Source of the DNA: Oscillospiraceae bacterium | Lineage (GTDB): Bacteria; Bacillota; Clostridia; Oscillospirales; Ruminococcaceae | Assembly (NCBI GenBank): GCA_045642305.1 | Contig: JAZUIR010000053.1 | Coordinates: 1-32,812 of the forward strand | Reading direction: 5' to 3' | DNA: 32,812 nt | Shown here: in pieces, positions 1 through 9,006 of the stretch | Layout: each line of letters begins with the position of its first letter | Numbering within the stretch: position 1 is the stretch's first letter | Position numbers and translations under genes: made by a program | The notes under the pieces: generated by a model | The model's input: the letters and a program-made list of their open reading frames with translations, nothing else | Told to the model about the DNA's origin: nothing | Databases searched by the model: none

Positions 1-2
1 GG

Positions 3-476
3 GATTTTGGTGATGAAAAATTTGCTAACTTAATTGCCAAAAAGATTGCCATTGAAAGGCAAAAGGCGCCCATTCAAACCACAACAGAACTGGCCCAAAT
101 AGTTAAATTCGCTGTTCCTGCAAAATTTCGCCGCCAAAAAAACCCATGCAAAAAAACCTTTCAAGCCATTCGAATAGCAGTGAATAACGAAATAGCTGAA
201 CTACAGCAGGGCCTAGATGCGGCGTTTGAACTTTTAAAACCACAAGGTCGCTTGGTTATCATTAGCTTCCATTCGCTGGAAGACAAGCTAGTGAAGCACA
301 ATTTCTTAGAACTAAGCAAAGGTTGCATCTGCCCGCCAAAAACCCCATTTTGCATTTGCAACAACAAACCAAAAGCAAAAATTTTAAACAAAAAGCCACT
401 GCTTCCAAATTATGATGAAATCGCGCAAAACCCCCGCTGCAAAAGCGCAAAACTACGTACTCTAGAAAAACTTTAG
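3..476 (+). CDS. rsmH: 16S rRNA (cytosine1402-N4)-methyltransferase RsmH/MraW, C-terminal part; 5' end lies outside the window
   Basis: The frame is open from the window edge (phase of nt 3) to TAG at 474-476. The translation DFGDEKFANLIAKKI...RLVIISFHSLEDKLVKHNF...CICPPKTPFCIC...SAKLRTLEKL matches an RsmH C-terminal half. It sits directly upstream of ftsL, as in dcw clusters. The GTG at 180 in the ORF track is internal. Confidence 0.9.
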   Translation, partial: DFGDEKFANLIAKKIAIERQKAPIQTTTELAQIVKFAVPAKFRRQKNPCKKTFQAIRIAVNNEIAELQQGLDAAFELLKPQGRLVIISFHSLEDKLVKHNFLELSKGCICPPKTPFCICNNKPKAKILNKKPLLPNYDEIAQNPRCKSAKLRTLEKL

Positions 477-519
477 AAACATTGACAAAATAAATTCTGA
501 TTAGGAGGCCAAAAATTAA

Positions 520-1005
520 TTGAAATCGAAAACCAATTTAGCCTACACAAAAACCAACCTACAGCACATCCAAAAAAACCGGTTCAACAAATCAAACCAC
601 ATCGGCAGAATATATGCTAACAAATCAAAGATACATACTAAATCATATATATTTTCAATTTTAGCGGCAACCGCATTTTCATCATTTCTAATTTTCAATT
701 TGGTTAAAAGCAACGAAATAACCATTCAGATTGATCAAACAAAAAAAATGATCAAAGCGCAAAACGATGAAAAAATTCGCCTTAAAGCCCAACTCAACCA
801 AACAATGAACTCCCAAAAAGTTGAAGAATATGCCAGACAACAAGGCATGAAAAAACTAAACAACAACCAAATAACCTACATCTACTCCTCTCAAGGCAAT
901 TCAATCGAACTAAAAAACAACAACCAAAAAGCCGCTGAAAATTCAAATAATCTACTAAAATTTCTTTCCGAAAATTTTCAAAAAATGAAAAAATATTTTT
1001 CATAA
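520..1005 (+). CDS. ftsL: Cell division protein FtsL-like (bitopic, one TM helix plus coiled-coil ectodomain)
   Basis: TTG start at 520, with AGGAGG at 503-508. It has a basic N-terminus, one hydrophobic helix (YIFSILAATAFSSFLIFNLV), then a K/Q/E-rich helical segment. Its position between rsmH and the class B PBP is the canonical ftsL slot. Confidence 0.7.
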   Translation: MKSKTNLAYTKTNLQHIQKNRFNKSNHIGRIYANKSKIHTKSYIFSILAATAFSSFLIFNLVKSNEITIQIDQTKKMIKAQNDEKIRLKAQLNQTMNSQKVEEYARQQGMKKLNNNQITYIYSSQGNSIELKNNNQKAAENSNNLLKFLSENFQKMKKYFS

Positions 1006-1046
1006 TTTCCCTTAATCACCAATAGAATATTAGGGTCAACATATAA

Positions 1047-1062
1047 TTTCTTATATAAGAAA
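1047..1062. repeat. Perfect 16-nt palindrome TTTCTTATATAAGAAA in the ftsL-PBP spacer
   Basis: Read directly: the reverse complement of 1047-1062 equals itself. Function is unknown; it could be an operator-like site or a chance occurrence in AT-rich DNA. Confidence 0.6.
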
Positions 1063-1086
1063 CCTTAAAAATTTGAAAAAATTAAC

Positions 1087-1101
1087 TTAAACGTCGTTTA
1101 A
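1087..1101. repeat. 15-nt palindrome TTAAACG-T-CGTTTAA in the ftsL-PBP spacer
   Basis: Read directly: 7-nt arms are exact reverse complements around a single central T. Confidence 0.6.
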
Positions 1102-1107
1102 CTAACT

Positions 1108-1159
1108 AAACTGATGGCCCGGTTATTGTGTCATTAGTTTGTTGTGGTTTAATTTTTTT
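1108..1159 (+). promoter_or_regulatory. AU-rich imperfect hairpin followed by a T7 run, upstream of the PBP gene RBS
   Basis: AAACTGATG (1108-1116) pairs with CATTAGTTT (1132-1140), giving 8 Watson-Crick pairs and 1 G-U pair around a 15-nt loop. A T7 run lies at 1153-1159 and GGAGGG at 1173. The large loop and the gap before the T run make it a weak terminator or attenuator candidate at best. Confidence 0.2.
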
Positions 1160-1188
1160 GAATGTATAACCTTGGAGGGAAGTTTTGA

Positions 1189-3408
1189 ATGGCTAAGGTT
1201 CCTGATCAAAAACTGAAATTCAAACTCAATGTTATCGTGGGTGGCTTCATAGCTTTAAGTTTTTTAGTTCTAACATTCAGAATAATTTACATAACCTGTT
1301 TTGCAAAAATCAACGGAATAAAATATAGTGACAAAGCATACAACCAACAATTGCGCGCCGAAAAAATAAAAGCTAGCCGCGGAACAATATATGATCGCAA
1401 CATGATTCCTATAGCTCAAAATGCAACAGTGTGGACTGTGTCCGTTGCCCCTAATGAAATAAAAAACGAAAATGAACGCAAAAAAATAGTCGATAAACTA
1501 CACAGCATTTTTCCCGACATCGAAAAAAAAGACATAAACAAAAAATGTGCTGCAAAAACAAAATATGAAATAATAAAGCGCAAGTGTGAAAAACCAGAAC
1601 GCGACACCATATTAAATTTCATGAATAAAGAACAAATTAACAGCATCCACCTCACTGAAGATTCTAAACGCTACTATCCGTTCAACGAATTAGCTTCGCA
1701 CACAATCGGCATTTGCGATATTGATGCAAAAGGCCTAACCGGCATAGAAAAATCCTACGACTCCGATTTAAAAGGCTCCGACGGAACAATAGTGAGCGTT
1801 CAAAACGGCAAAGGGCAACCCATGCCCTACAATTTCGAATCAATCGTTAAGGCAAGAGATGGCAATTCGCTTATCACCACACTAGACGTAAACGTTCAGC
1901 GCATTCTAGAAAAAAGCCTAAAATCAACATGCAATTTTAGGATGCCTCAAAATCGTGCCGCCGGAATAGTTATTGATGCAACCAACTACGACATTTTAGC
2001 CATGGCAACCTGGCCCGGGTTTGATTTAAATAATCCCTTTAAGCTGCCTTCGCTAAAAGAGTTCCCAAAACTCGAACAATTTTCAAAAACAGATGCACTA
2101 AACAGAAACTGGACAAACAAAGCAATTTCTGAGATACTAGAGCCAGGTTCAACTTTCAAGATTTTAACATGCGCTTCCGTACTAGAATCAGGTGTTATGA
2201 ATTTAAATCAAACCTTCTACTGTTCTGGCGCCATAAAAGTTGGCCCCGAAAAAATCCGCTGCTGGGCCCACGCAAAAGGCGGCCACGGCCATGAAAATTT
2301 AGAAATGGCCATGGTTAATTCGTGCAACCCTGCCCTGGTCGAAATGGGAAGCGCCCTAGGAGCGCACAAATTCTGTCAATTCTTTAAGCTGTTTGGTTTA
2401 AACAAACCAACCGGAATAGACACAATAGGCGAAGCGAAACCATTATTCATTAACGAAAAAAATATGGGCCCAGTTGAGCTGGCTTCAGTGTCATTTGGCC
2501 AATCAAATTCACTAAATCCACTTCAAATGGCTAAACTATTCTGCGAAGTCATAACCGGCTATGATTATGGCAAACCGCATTTAGTTAACCGAGTAATTGA
2601 TCAAAACGGCAACACAATTAAGTCCCATAAATCAGAAAAAGCAACGCAAATTCTATCTGAATCTACCATGCAAAAAATGCGCAAAATTTTAATTCATGTG
2701 GTTGATGGAGTCGATGGTAAAGGAACAAATGCAAGCGTTGCAGGCTACAAAATAGCCGGAAAATCGGGAACCGCTCAAAAACTCCAAGAAAAAAGCAAAC
2801 TGCAGGAAGGTGAAAAGGAACGCTATGTTCCATCATATATTGCAGCAATCAACCTAGACAAACATCCAATCGTAATCATGGTTCTGATTGATTCACCAAA
2901 AGGTGAATATTATGCAAGCATGGTTGCTGCCCCTCTTGTAAGAGATATAGCCGAAAAACTGCTATCATATTACGGTATACCGCCAGACTATACTGATGCT
3001 GAACTAGAAAAATTATTTAAACAAACTCCAAAATGTGAAGGCATGTCGCTTGATGAAGCGCGTAATCAATTGCTAGAAAATGGGTTTTTAAATTTCGAAT
3101 TTGTTGGAAACAACAACCAAATAGAACGCCAAATTCCCCCATGCGGAACCAAGGTTAATAAGAACACAAAGATAATGCTATATACCGAGGAAATTGGAGA
3201 ACAAGATCAGGTAGTTGTTCCGAACATAGTGGGCCTAACGCAAAAACAAGCAAACAGCGTTTTGGCAAACAACAAGCTCAACCTAAACATTGTTAACAAC
3301 CACGATAAAATCGGAACCGCAATTAGCCAAAGCCCCGAAGCCGGCACAACAGTGGTTAAGGGCGAAATTGTCAGCGCAAATTTTGTTGTGTTTGACCAAT
3401 CGGAGTAA
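1189..3408 (+). CDS. Class B penicillin-binding protein (FtsI/PBP2B/SpoVD-like transpeptidase) with two C-terminal PASTA-like repeats
   Basis: ATG at 1189 is preceded by GGAGGG (1173-1178). There is an N-terminal TM helix. Transpeptidase motifs are STFK (SxxK), SCN (SxN) and KSGT (KTG-like). The C-terminal repeats (...CEGMSLDEARNQLLENGF... and ...VPNIVGLTQKQANSVLANNKLNLNIV...) look like PASTA domains. Confidence 0.9.
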   Translation: MAKVPDQKLKFKLNVIVGGFIALSFLVLTFRIIYITCFAKINGIKYSDKAYNQQLRAEKIKASRGTIYDRNMIPIAQNATVWTVSVAPNEIKNENERKKIVDKLHSIFPDIEKKDINKKCAAKTKYEIIKRKCEKPERDTILNFMNKEQINSIHLTEDSKRYYPFNELASHTIGICDIDAKGLTGIEKSYDSDLKGSDGTIVSVQNGKGQPMPYNFESIVKARDGNSLITTLDVNVQRILEKSLKSTCNFRMPQNRAAGIVIDATNYDILAMATWPGFDLNNPFKLPSLKEFPKLEQFSKTDALNRNWTNKAISEILEPGSTFKILTCASVLESGVMNLNQTFYCSGAIKVGPEKIRCWAHAKGGHGHENLEMAMVNSCNPALVEMGSALGAHKFCQFFKLFGLNKPTGIDTIGEAKPLFINEKNMGPVELASVSFGQSNSLNPLQMAKLFCEVITGYDYGKPHLVNRVIDQNGNTIKSHKSEKATQILSESTMQKMRKILIHVVDGVDGKGTNASVAGYKIAGKSGTAQKLQEKSKLQEGEKERYVPSYIAAINLDKHPIVIMVLIDSPKGEYYASMVAAPLVRDIAEKLLSYYGIPPDYTDAELEKLFKQTPKCEGMSLDEARNQLLENGFLNFEFVGNNNQIERQIPPCGTKVNKNTKIMLYTEEIGEQDQVVVPNIVGLTQKQANSVLANNKLNLNIVNNHDKIGTAISQSPEAGTTVVKGEIVSANFVVFDQSE

Positions 3409-3489
3409 AATAAATTATTGCTGAAAAATATCTCAAAATTTGAAAGCGTTTAAAAAAATAAAATAAATTTAAAGGAGAACTACAATGTT

Positions 3490-4944
3490 ATGAAACTAAG
3501 CAAACTTCTTGCAAACGTGCCACATAAAAAAAAATTTGATTGCGATCCCGAAATAGAATTAGTAACCTGCAATTCTACAAAGGTTAAAAAAAACTCACTG
3601 TTTGTCTGTCTAAAAGGAGTTAATTTTGATGGCCACAGATTTGCACAAAATGCATTAAACTCTGGAGCTGCTGCCATTTTGGTTGAAAAAAACTTAAACC
3701 TTCCAAATCAAATAATAGTTGAAAATAGTCACCTAGCATATGCGCAAATTTGTGGTAACTATTTTGATAATCCAGCAAAAAAACTAAAACTTGTCGGCAT
3801 AACCGGCACAAATGGCAAAACCACAATAACCAAAATAGTTAAAACCCTTCTGCAAGATCAAAACAAAAAAGTAGGATTAATCGGCACAATTCAAAACGAA
3901 ATAGGAACCGAAATTCAGCCAACCGAAAAAACAACTCCAACCCATTTTGAATTTCAAAAACTTATTAACACAATGGCAAAAAAAAAATGTGAATTCGTAG
4001 TGATGGAAGTTTCATCGCATGCACTCGACCAACACAGAACCGGCAACACCCAATTTGAAATTGGAGTTTTTTCTAATCTGTCACAAGATCATCTAGACTA
4101 TCATAAAACCATGGAAACCTATTACAATGCAAAAAAGCGGCTTTTTAATAATTGCAAACGTTCATTGGTTTGCATAGACTGCCCCGCTGGAAGAAGGCTG
4201 GCTGCCGAACTTGAAGAACAAAACAAACAACCAACAACCTTTTCAATCAACAACAAAAACGCAAATTTTTTTGCCAGCAACATTCAACTAGAATCAAACA
4301 AAGTGATTTATTCATTAAACGGACCTAACTTAGAAAACGAAATAGTTGAATTTTCAACTCCAGGGCTTTTTTCGGTTCAAAATTCCATGGCAGCAATTGT
4401 TTGTTGCGTTCTACTTAAAGTTGACAAAAATTTGCTGTTTAAATCAATCAAAACTTGCAAACCCATAAAAGGTCGCAGCGAAGTTATTAAAACTAAACTT
4501 CCATTCACAATAATTTGCGACTATGCTCACACACCAGACGGTCTACAAAACATATTAAAATCAATTCAATCTTACTGCAAAGGCAAAATAATAGCCATGT
4601 TTGGATGCGGAGGCGACAGAGATGCCACAAAACGACCAATAATGGGCGAAATAGCGGCGAAAAATGCTGATTTTTTAATAATAACATCCGACAACCCAAG
4701 AACTGAAAACCCAGAAAAAATAGTCGATGAAATCGAAACCGGGGTTTTAAAAATGAAATCCACACCATATATTAAAATTATTGACCGCAAAAAAGCAATC
4801 GAATTCGCCCTAAAAAAAGCCAAACCCGGCGACGTTGTTCTGCTATCCGGGAAAGGACACGAGCCCTATCAAATCATTGGAACCAAAAAGCTGCCATTCA
4901 ACGAACCCGAAATTGTTCAACAACTAGTTAGCAAAATTTTTTAA
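3490..4944 (+). CDS. murE: UDP-N-acetylmuramoyl-L-alanyl-D-glutamate--2,6-diaminopimelate ligase MurE
   Basis: Contains the P-loop GITGTNGKTT, the DNPR motif (ITSDNPRTENP) typical of meso-DAP-adding MurE, and SGKGHE near the C-terminus. Synteny is dcw. GGAG lies at 3474-3477. Confidence 0.92.
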   Translation: MKLSKLLANVPHKKKFDCDPEIELVTCNSTKVKKNSLFVCLKGVNFDGHRFAQNALNSGAAAILVEKNLNLPNQIIVENSHLAYAQICGNYFDNPAKKLKLVGITGTNGKTTITKIVKTLLQDQNKKVGLIGTIQNEIGTEIQPTEKTTPTHFEFQKLINTMAKKKCEFVVMEVSSHALDQHRTGNTQFEIGVFSNLSQDHLDYHKTMETYYNAKKRLFNNCKRSLVCIDCPAGRRLAAELEEQNKQPTTFSINNKNANFFASNIQLESNKVIYSLNGPNLENEIVEFSTPGLFSVQNSMAAIVCCVLLKVDKNLLFKSIKTCKPIKGRSEVIKTKLPFTIICDYAHTPDGLQNILKSIQSYCKGKIIAMFGCGGDRDATKRPIMGEIAAKNADFLIITSDNPRTENPEKIVDEIETGVLKMKSTPYIKIIDRKKAIEFALKKAKPGDVVLLSGKGHEPYQIIGTKKLPFNEPEIVQQLVSKIF

Positions 4945-4975
4945 ACGAATCTTCATTATTTCAGGAGGCTTAAAT

Positions 4976-6355
4976 ATGTTTGAAATAAGCGCCGATAAAA
5001 TAGCAAGCTGCTTAACATATGGCACGCTAAAAAATTTCCACGCATCAGAAAAAATCAAAATTAAAAAAATCGCAACCAACCACAAAGAATGCACAAAAAA
5101 TAGCGTTTTCGTTGCCATAAAAGGCCCAAATTTTGATGGTCACAAGTTCGCAAGGCTTGCAATCGAAAACGGAGCTGAGTTCGCAGTTGTTGAAGAAGAA
5201 TTGCCCAAAATTGCTCAAATTGTGGTTAATAACTGCAAAAATGCCCTGCTAGATCTAGCTTCACTAAATCGACAGAATTTTTTTGGCCCAGTCATTGCAA
5301 TAACCGGAAGCGCCGGCAAAACCACCACAAAAGACCTAACCGCTCTAGCTCTTTCTGGCAACGAAAACATTCTAAAAACCGAACAAAACCTAAACAACGA
5401 AATAGGCGTTTCACAAACCCTGCTAAACTTAAACTCTTTTCACAAAGCAGCCGTTGTTGAACTTGGCATGTCGCACAAAAACGAAATATCAACCCTAAGC
5501 CAAGCAACTAAACCAAACATTGCAATAATAACAACAATTGGAAGCGCGCATTTTAAAAATTTTAAAAACCACGATGAGATATTAAAAGCAAAACTTGAAA
5601 TAATCGACGGACTGCAGCCAAATGGAACCCTAATTTTAAACGGCGACGACCCTAGATTAAACCAAGTAAACTTCAAAAACAAACTCATTTGCTCTGTTAA
5701 TGATACAAATGCTGATTTCTTTGCTGACAAAATCACATCAAACAACAACCCAAACAACCCAATAACAAGTTTTAAGGTGCATTTCAATGGTAGATCCACA
5801 AAAATTGACCTGCCAACCTACGGAGTTCACAATGTTTCAAATGCGCTTTTGGCCTTTGCAGCAGCAACAATTTTGGGAATCGCTCCAGAAGAAATAGCAC
5901 AAAACCTTACAAAATTCAAACCTGCAGGATATAGACAAAAAATTTTAAAATTAAACCACACAATAGTTATAGCCGATTGCTATAATGCAAACCCGCAAAC
6001 CATGAAAGCATCGCTACTAGCCTTCTCAAACATGAACTGCACTGGCAAGAAAATTGCGGTTCTAGGTGATATGCTGGAACTAGGTTCTATTGCGAAACAA
6101 GCTCACGAAGAAATCGGAACTCTCATAAACACACTAAACATCGACCAAGTCGCATGCATCGGAGACTTGGCAGAAATCATTTCAAAAACAACAACAAAAC
6201 CAGCAAACCATTTCAAAAGCGCAAATCAGCTCGTCGATTTTTTGAAACAACAAAAAAACAAATTTAAAATGTTTTTGTTTAAAGCAAGCCATGATATGAA
6301 CCTAAAAACAATTATGGAACAAACATTTGAAAATGAAATCTCAAAACCTGTGTGA
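4976..6355 (+). CDS. murF: UDP-N-acetylmuramoyl-tripeptide--D-alanyl-D-alanine ligase MurF
   Basis: Contains ITGSAGKTTTKD (P-loop), LNGDDPRL and GDMLELG. GGAGG lies 8 nt upstream of the ATG. It follows murE. Confidence 0.92.
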   Translation: MFEISADKIASCLTYGTLKNFHASEKIKIKKIATNHKECTKNSVFVAIKGPNFDGHKFARLAIENGAEFAVVEEELPKIAQIVVNNCKNALLDLASLNRQNFFGPVIAITGSAGKTTTKDLTALALSGNENILKTEQNLNNEIGVSQTLLNLNSFHKAAVVELGMSHKNEISTLSQATKPNIAIITTIGSAHFKNFKNHDEILKAKLEIIDGLQPNGTLILNGDDPRLNQVNFKNKLICSVNDTNADFFADKITSNNNPNNPITSFKVHFNGRSTKIDLPTYGVHNVSNALLAFAAATILGIAPEEIAQNLTKFKPAGYRQKILKLNHTIVIADCYNANPQTMKASLLAFSNMNCTGKKIAVLGDMLELGSIAKQAHEEIGTLINTLNIDQVACIGDLAEIISKTTTKPANHFKSANQLVDFLKQQKNKFKMFLFKASHDMNLKTIMEQTFENEISKPV

Positions 6356-6577
6356 TGTTAAACAAATTTGGTTTCTCTAAACCAATATAATAAAATCTTA
6401 ATAAAAAAATAACAGTAAACTTCAAATATCAAATTCAAATGTAGTATAAAATTTTTAAACCTTAAAATTTTAAAAAAATTTGAATTTACAACACATTAAA
6501 CAAATTTTCGCCCAAAAATTTAAGCTAAAATTATTAATAATAAAAAATTAGAAAATGAAAGGATTTTATTAAACACT

Positions 6578-7579
6578 ATGAATCTTAATGCGAGTTTGCT
6601 AGCAATGATAGTTTCATTCGTTGCAACAACCCTAATAGGCGCCACAGTTTTGCCCATACTAAAAAAACTCAACATCGATCAAACAACCAAACGCATTGGC
6701 CCAACATGGCACAAATCAAAAGATGGTACTCCAACCATGGGCGGCATATTTTTGATGGCCGGAATTTTTTTAGGAATTGTTGCCGCATGCCTTCTTCTAA
6801 AATCAAATGAAAACATTTTCGATTTCGAACTGCTCGATTCTGTGCGCCTGTGGTCAGGTTTGTTCTGTGCTCTCGGATTTGGCCTTGTCGGGTTCATGGA
6901 TGACTACATTAAAGTGGTTCGCAAAAACAACAACGGCTTATCACCCACACAAAAAACCGCATTATTACTAACAGTAACTCTAGCGTATTTTATAACAATG
7001 TCACTAAACGGCTGCCTTTCAACAATTGTTGATATCCCATTTTTTGGTCAGATTAATTTTGGAATATTCTACTACATAATTTCAATTTTGGGCATATATG
7101 GCATGGCAAACGCTGTTAATTTAACCGATGGAATCGACGGGCTAGCAAGCTCGGTCACTGCAGTTTACGCCATAGCATTCATGATTATTTCCAACATTTT
7201 GCTCTGTCAAAGCATGAATATTTTTGCATCTGCTCTCTGCGGAGGTTGTCTTGGTTTTTTAATATATAACTTTCACCCTGCAAAAGTTTTCATGGGTGAC
7301 ACCGGATCAATGTTTCTTGGCGGAGCAACAGTGGTCCTAGGTTTTGGCGTTGGGCAACCAGCATTGGTTATTTTGGTTGGCATAATATATATGGTAGAGC
7401 CGATTTCGGTTATTCTGCAAGTTATTAGCTTCAAACTAACCAAAAAAAGAATTTTTAAGATGAGCCCGATTCATCATCACTTCGAACTTAGCGGATGGAG
7501 TGAAGTTAAAATTGTTATTGTTTTTTCACTAATCACTGCTGTTGGCAGCTGCATCGCAATAACCTCACTGTTAAAATAA
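6578..7579 (+). CDS. mraY: Phospho-N-acetylmuramoyl-pentapeptide transferase MraY
   Basis: Polytopic membrane protein carrying the MraY signatures NAVNLTDGIDGLA, FMGDTGS and SPIHHHFE. Confidence 0.93.
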   Translation: MNLNASLLAMIVSFVATTLIGATVLPILKKLNIDQTTKRIGPTWHKSKDGTPTMGGIFLMAGIFLGIVAACLLLKSNENIFDFELLDSVRLWSGLFCALGFGLVGFMDDYIKVVRKNNNGLSPTQKTALLLTVTLAYFITMSLNGCLSTIVDIPFFGQINFGIFYYIISILGIYGMANAVNLTDGIDGLASSVTAVYAIAFMIISNILLCQSMNIFASALCGGCLGFLIYNFHPAKVFMGDTGSMFLGGATVVLGFGVGQPALVILVGIIYMVEPISVILQVISFKLTKKRIFKMSPIHHHFELSGWSEVKIVIVFSLITAVGSCIAITSLLK

Positions 7580-7700
7580 CCAACCAGTAAACAAATAAAA
7601 ATTTAAAGTTTGCTGAAATATTTAATAAAAAAGCAAAATTGTTCTAAAAAATTTAAAAGATGTTAAAATTATAATAATCTTAATTTTGGAGAATTTTAAC

Positions 7701-8915
7701 ATGAAAAAAAAGAATAAAAGTTTTTTTGCTTCATTAGCCGACCTGTTCAAACCATCGAACAACGTTAATGTGATTGGACGCTATGATCCCGTGTTTTTAA
7801 TATTGATTCTCCTACTACTTTGTTTCGGGTTAGTCACACTATTTTCGGCAAGCTACGCCAACGCACTCTACTATCGCGGAAACAGCTTCCATCACATAAA
7901 CCGCCAACTTATTAGAACAGTCATAGGGCTTGCTGGCATGTTCATAATCGCAAAATTAGAATATTATAAATATAAACCACTAGCTTTTTCAGGCTTCGTT
8001 TTAGGAGTGCTATTACTCATTGCAGTTTTATTTAGCAAACCCGACAAAAACGGAATTAGACGCTGGATATACATAGGCCCAATTCAATTCCAACCTTCAG
8101 AACTCGTAAAATTTGCGCTAATCGTTTTCTTAGCAACAATAATTTCAAACAACTACAAAAAAATGCACACGTTTCGCTACGGTGTTCTAAAGCCTGCAAT
8201 AGCAGTGGCAATAATTGTTGCATTAATGCTAAAACAACCTCACCTTTCAGGAATAGTTTTGATGTGCTCAATAGCCGGAGTGATGCTTTTCGTGGGCGGA
8301 ACTCAACCAAAATGGTTCATAATTTTATTTTTAATTGCCCTTACTGGTTTGCTCTACATGATGTTTTTTAAAGGCAACTATATGTCGAGTCGAGCCTACG
8401 GCTGGCTACATCCATTTTCTAGCCCTCTAGACAAAACCATGCAAACCGATCAAAGCCTTTTAGCAATCGGCTCCAGCGGCTTTTTCGGACTCGGGCTTGG
8501 TCAGTCAAGGCAGAAATTCATGTTCCTACCCGAAGTTCAAAATGACTTTATTTTTGCGGTAATCTGCGAAGAACTGGGCGTTATCGGCGCTGTCGCTCTA
8601 ATGTTTTTGTTTTTATGTTTCTCCTACAAAGGATTTGAAATTGCAACCAAAACCTCCGACATATTTGGAACGCTTCTGTGCACAGGAATAGTAATTCAAT
8701 TCGTTATGCAGGCAATTTTGAACATAGCAGTTGTTACGGCAACCGTTCCAAACACCGGAATTAGCCTGCCGTTTTTCAGCTATGGTGGAACTGCGCTAGT
8801 TGTTCAACTGTGGGAGCTTGGCGTTGTTCTTAACATTTCAGCACACGCTAACACACCAAAACTCTTAAAAATTAAATCAAAATCAAAATCAAAACTACAA
8901 ACTGAAATAACTTAA
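7701..8915 (+). CDS. ftsW: SEDS-family peptidoglycan glycosyltransferase FtsW/SpoVE
   Basis: Multi-TM protein with LPEVQNDFIFAVICEELG and TGISLPFFSYGGTA motifs. The track ORF begins at TTG 7686, but that TTGGAG contains a GGAG (7687-7690) spaced correctly for ATG 7701, so 7701 is preferred. The alternative start is 7686. Confidence 0.88.
   Translation: MKKKNKSFFASLADLFKPSNNVNVIGRYDPVFLILILLLLCFGLVTLFSASYANALYYRGNSFHHINRQLIRTVIGLAGMFIIAKLEYYKYKPLAFSGFVLGVLLLIAVLFSKPDKNGIRRWIYIGPIQFQPSELVKFALIVFLATIISNNYKKMHTFRYGVLKPAIAVAIIVALMLKQPHLSGIVLMCSIAGVMLFVGGTQPKWFIILFLIALTGLLYMMFFKGNYMSSRAYGWLHPFSSPLDKTMQTDQSLLAIGSSGFFGLGLGQSRQKFMFLPEVQNDFIFAVICEELGVIGAVALMFLFLCFSYKGFEIATKTSDIFGTLLCTGIVIQFVMQAILNIAVVTATVPNTGISLPFFSYGGTALVVQLWELGVVLNISAHANTPKLLKIKSKSKSKLQTEIT
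8874..8891 (+). repeat. Hexanucleotide tandem repeat (AAATCA)x3 inside the ftsW 3' end, encoding KSKSKSK
   Basis: Three perfect head-to-tail copies read at 8874-8879, 8880-8885 and 8886-8891. They are in frame. Confidence 0.85.
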
Positions 8916-9006
8916 AATTTTTGCTATAATCAAAAGAATGACTTAATCAAATAAAAACTTTTACAATAAAGCCTCCATGCTATTTTAATTTAAGGAGCCC
9001 AACCAA

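Noticed and set aside
482-487. A perfect TTGACA -35 hexamer just upstream of ftsL.
   Set aside because: The position 17 nt downstream reads GAGGCC (it overlaps the SD), so there is no -10 element. It is probably coincidental.
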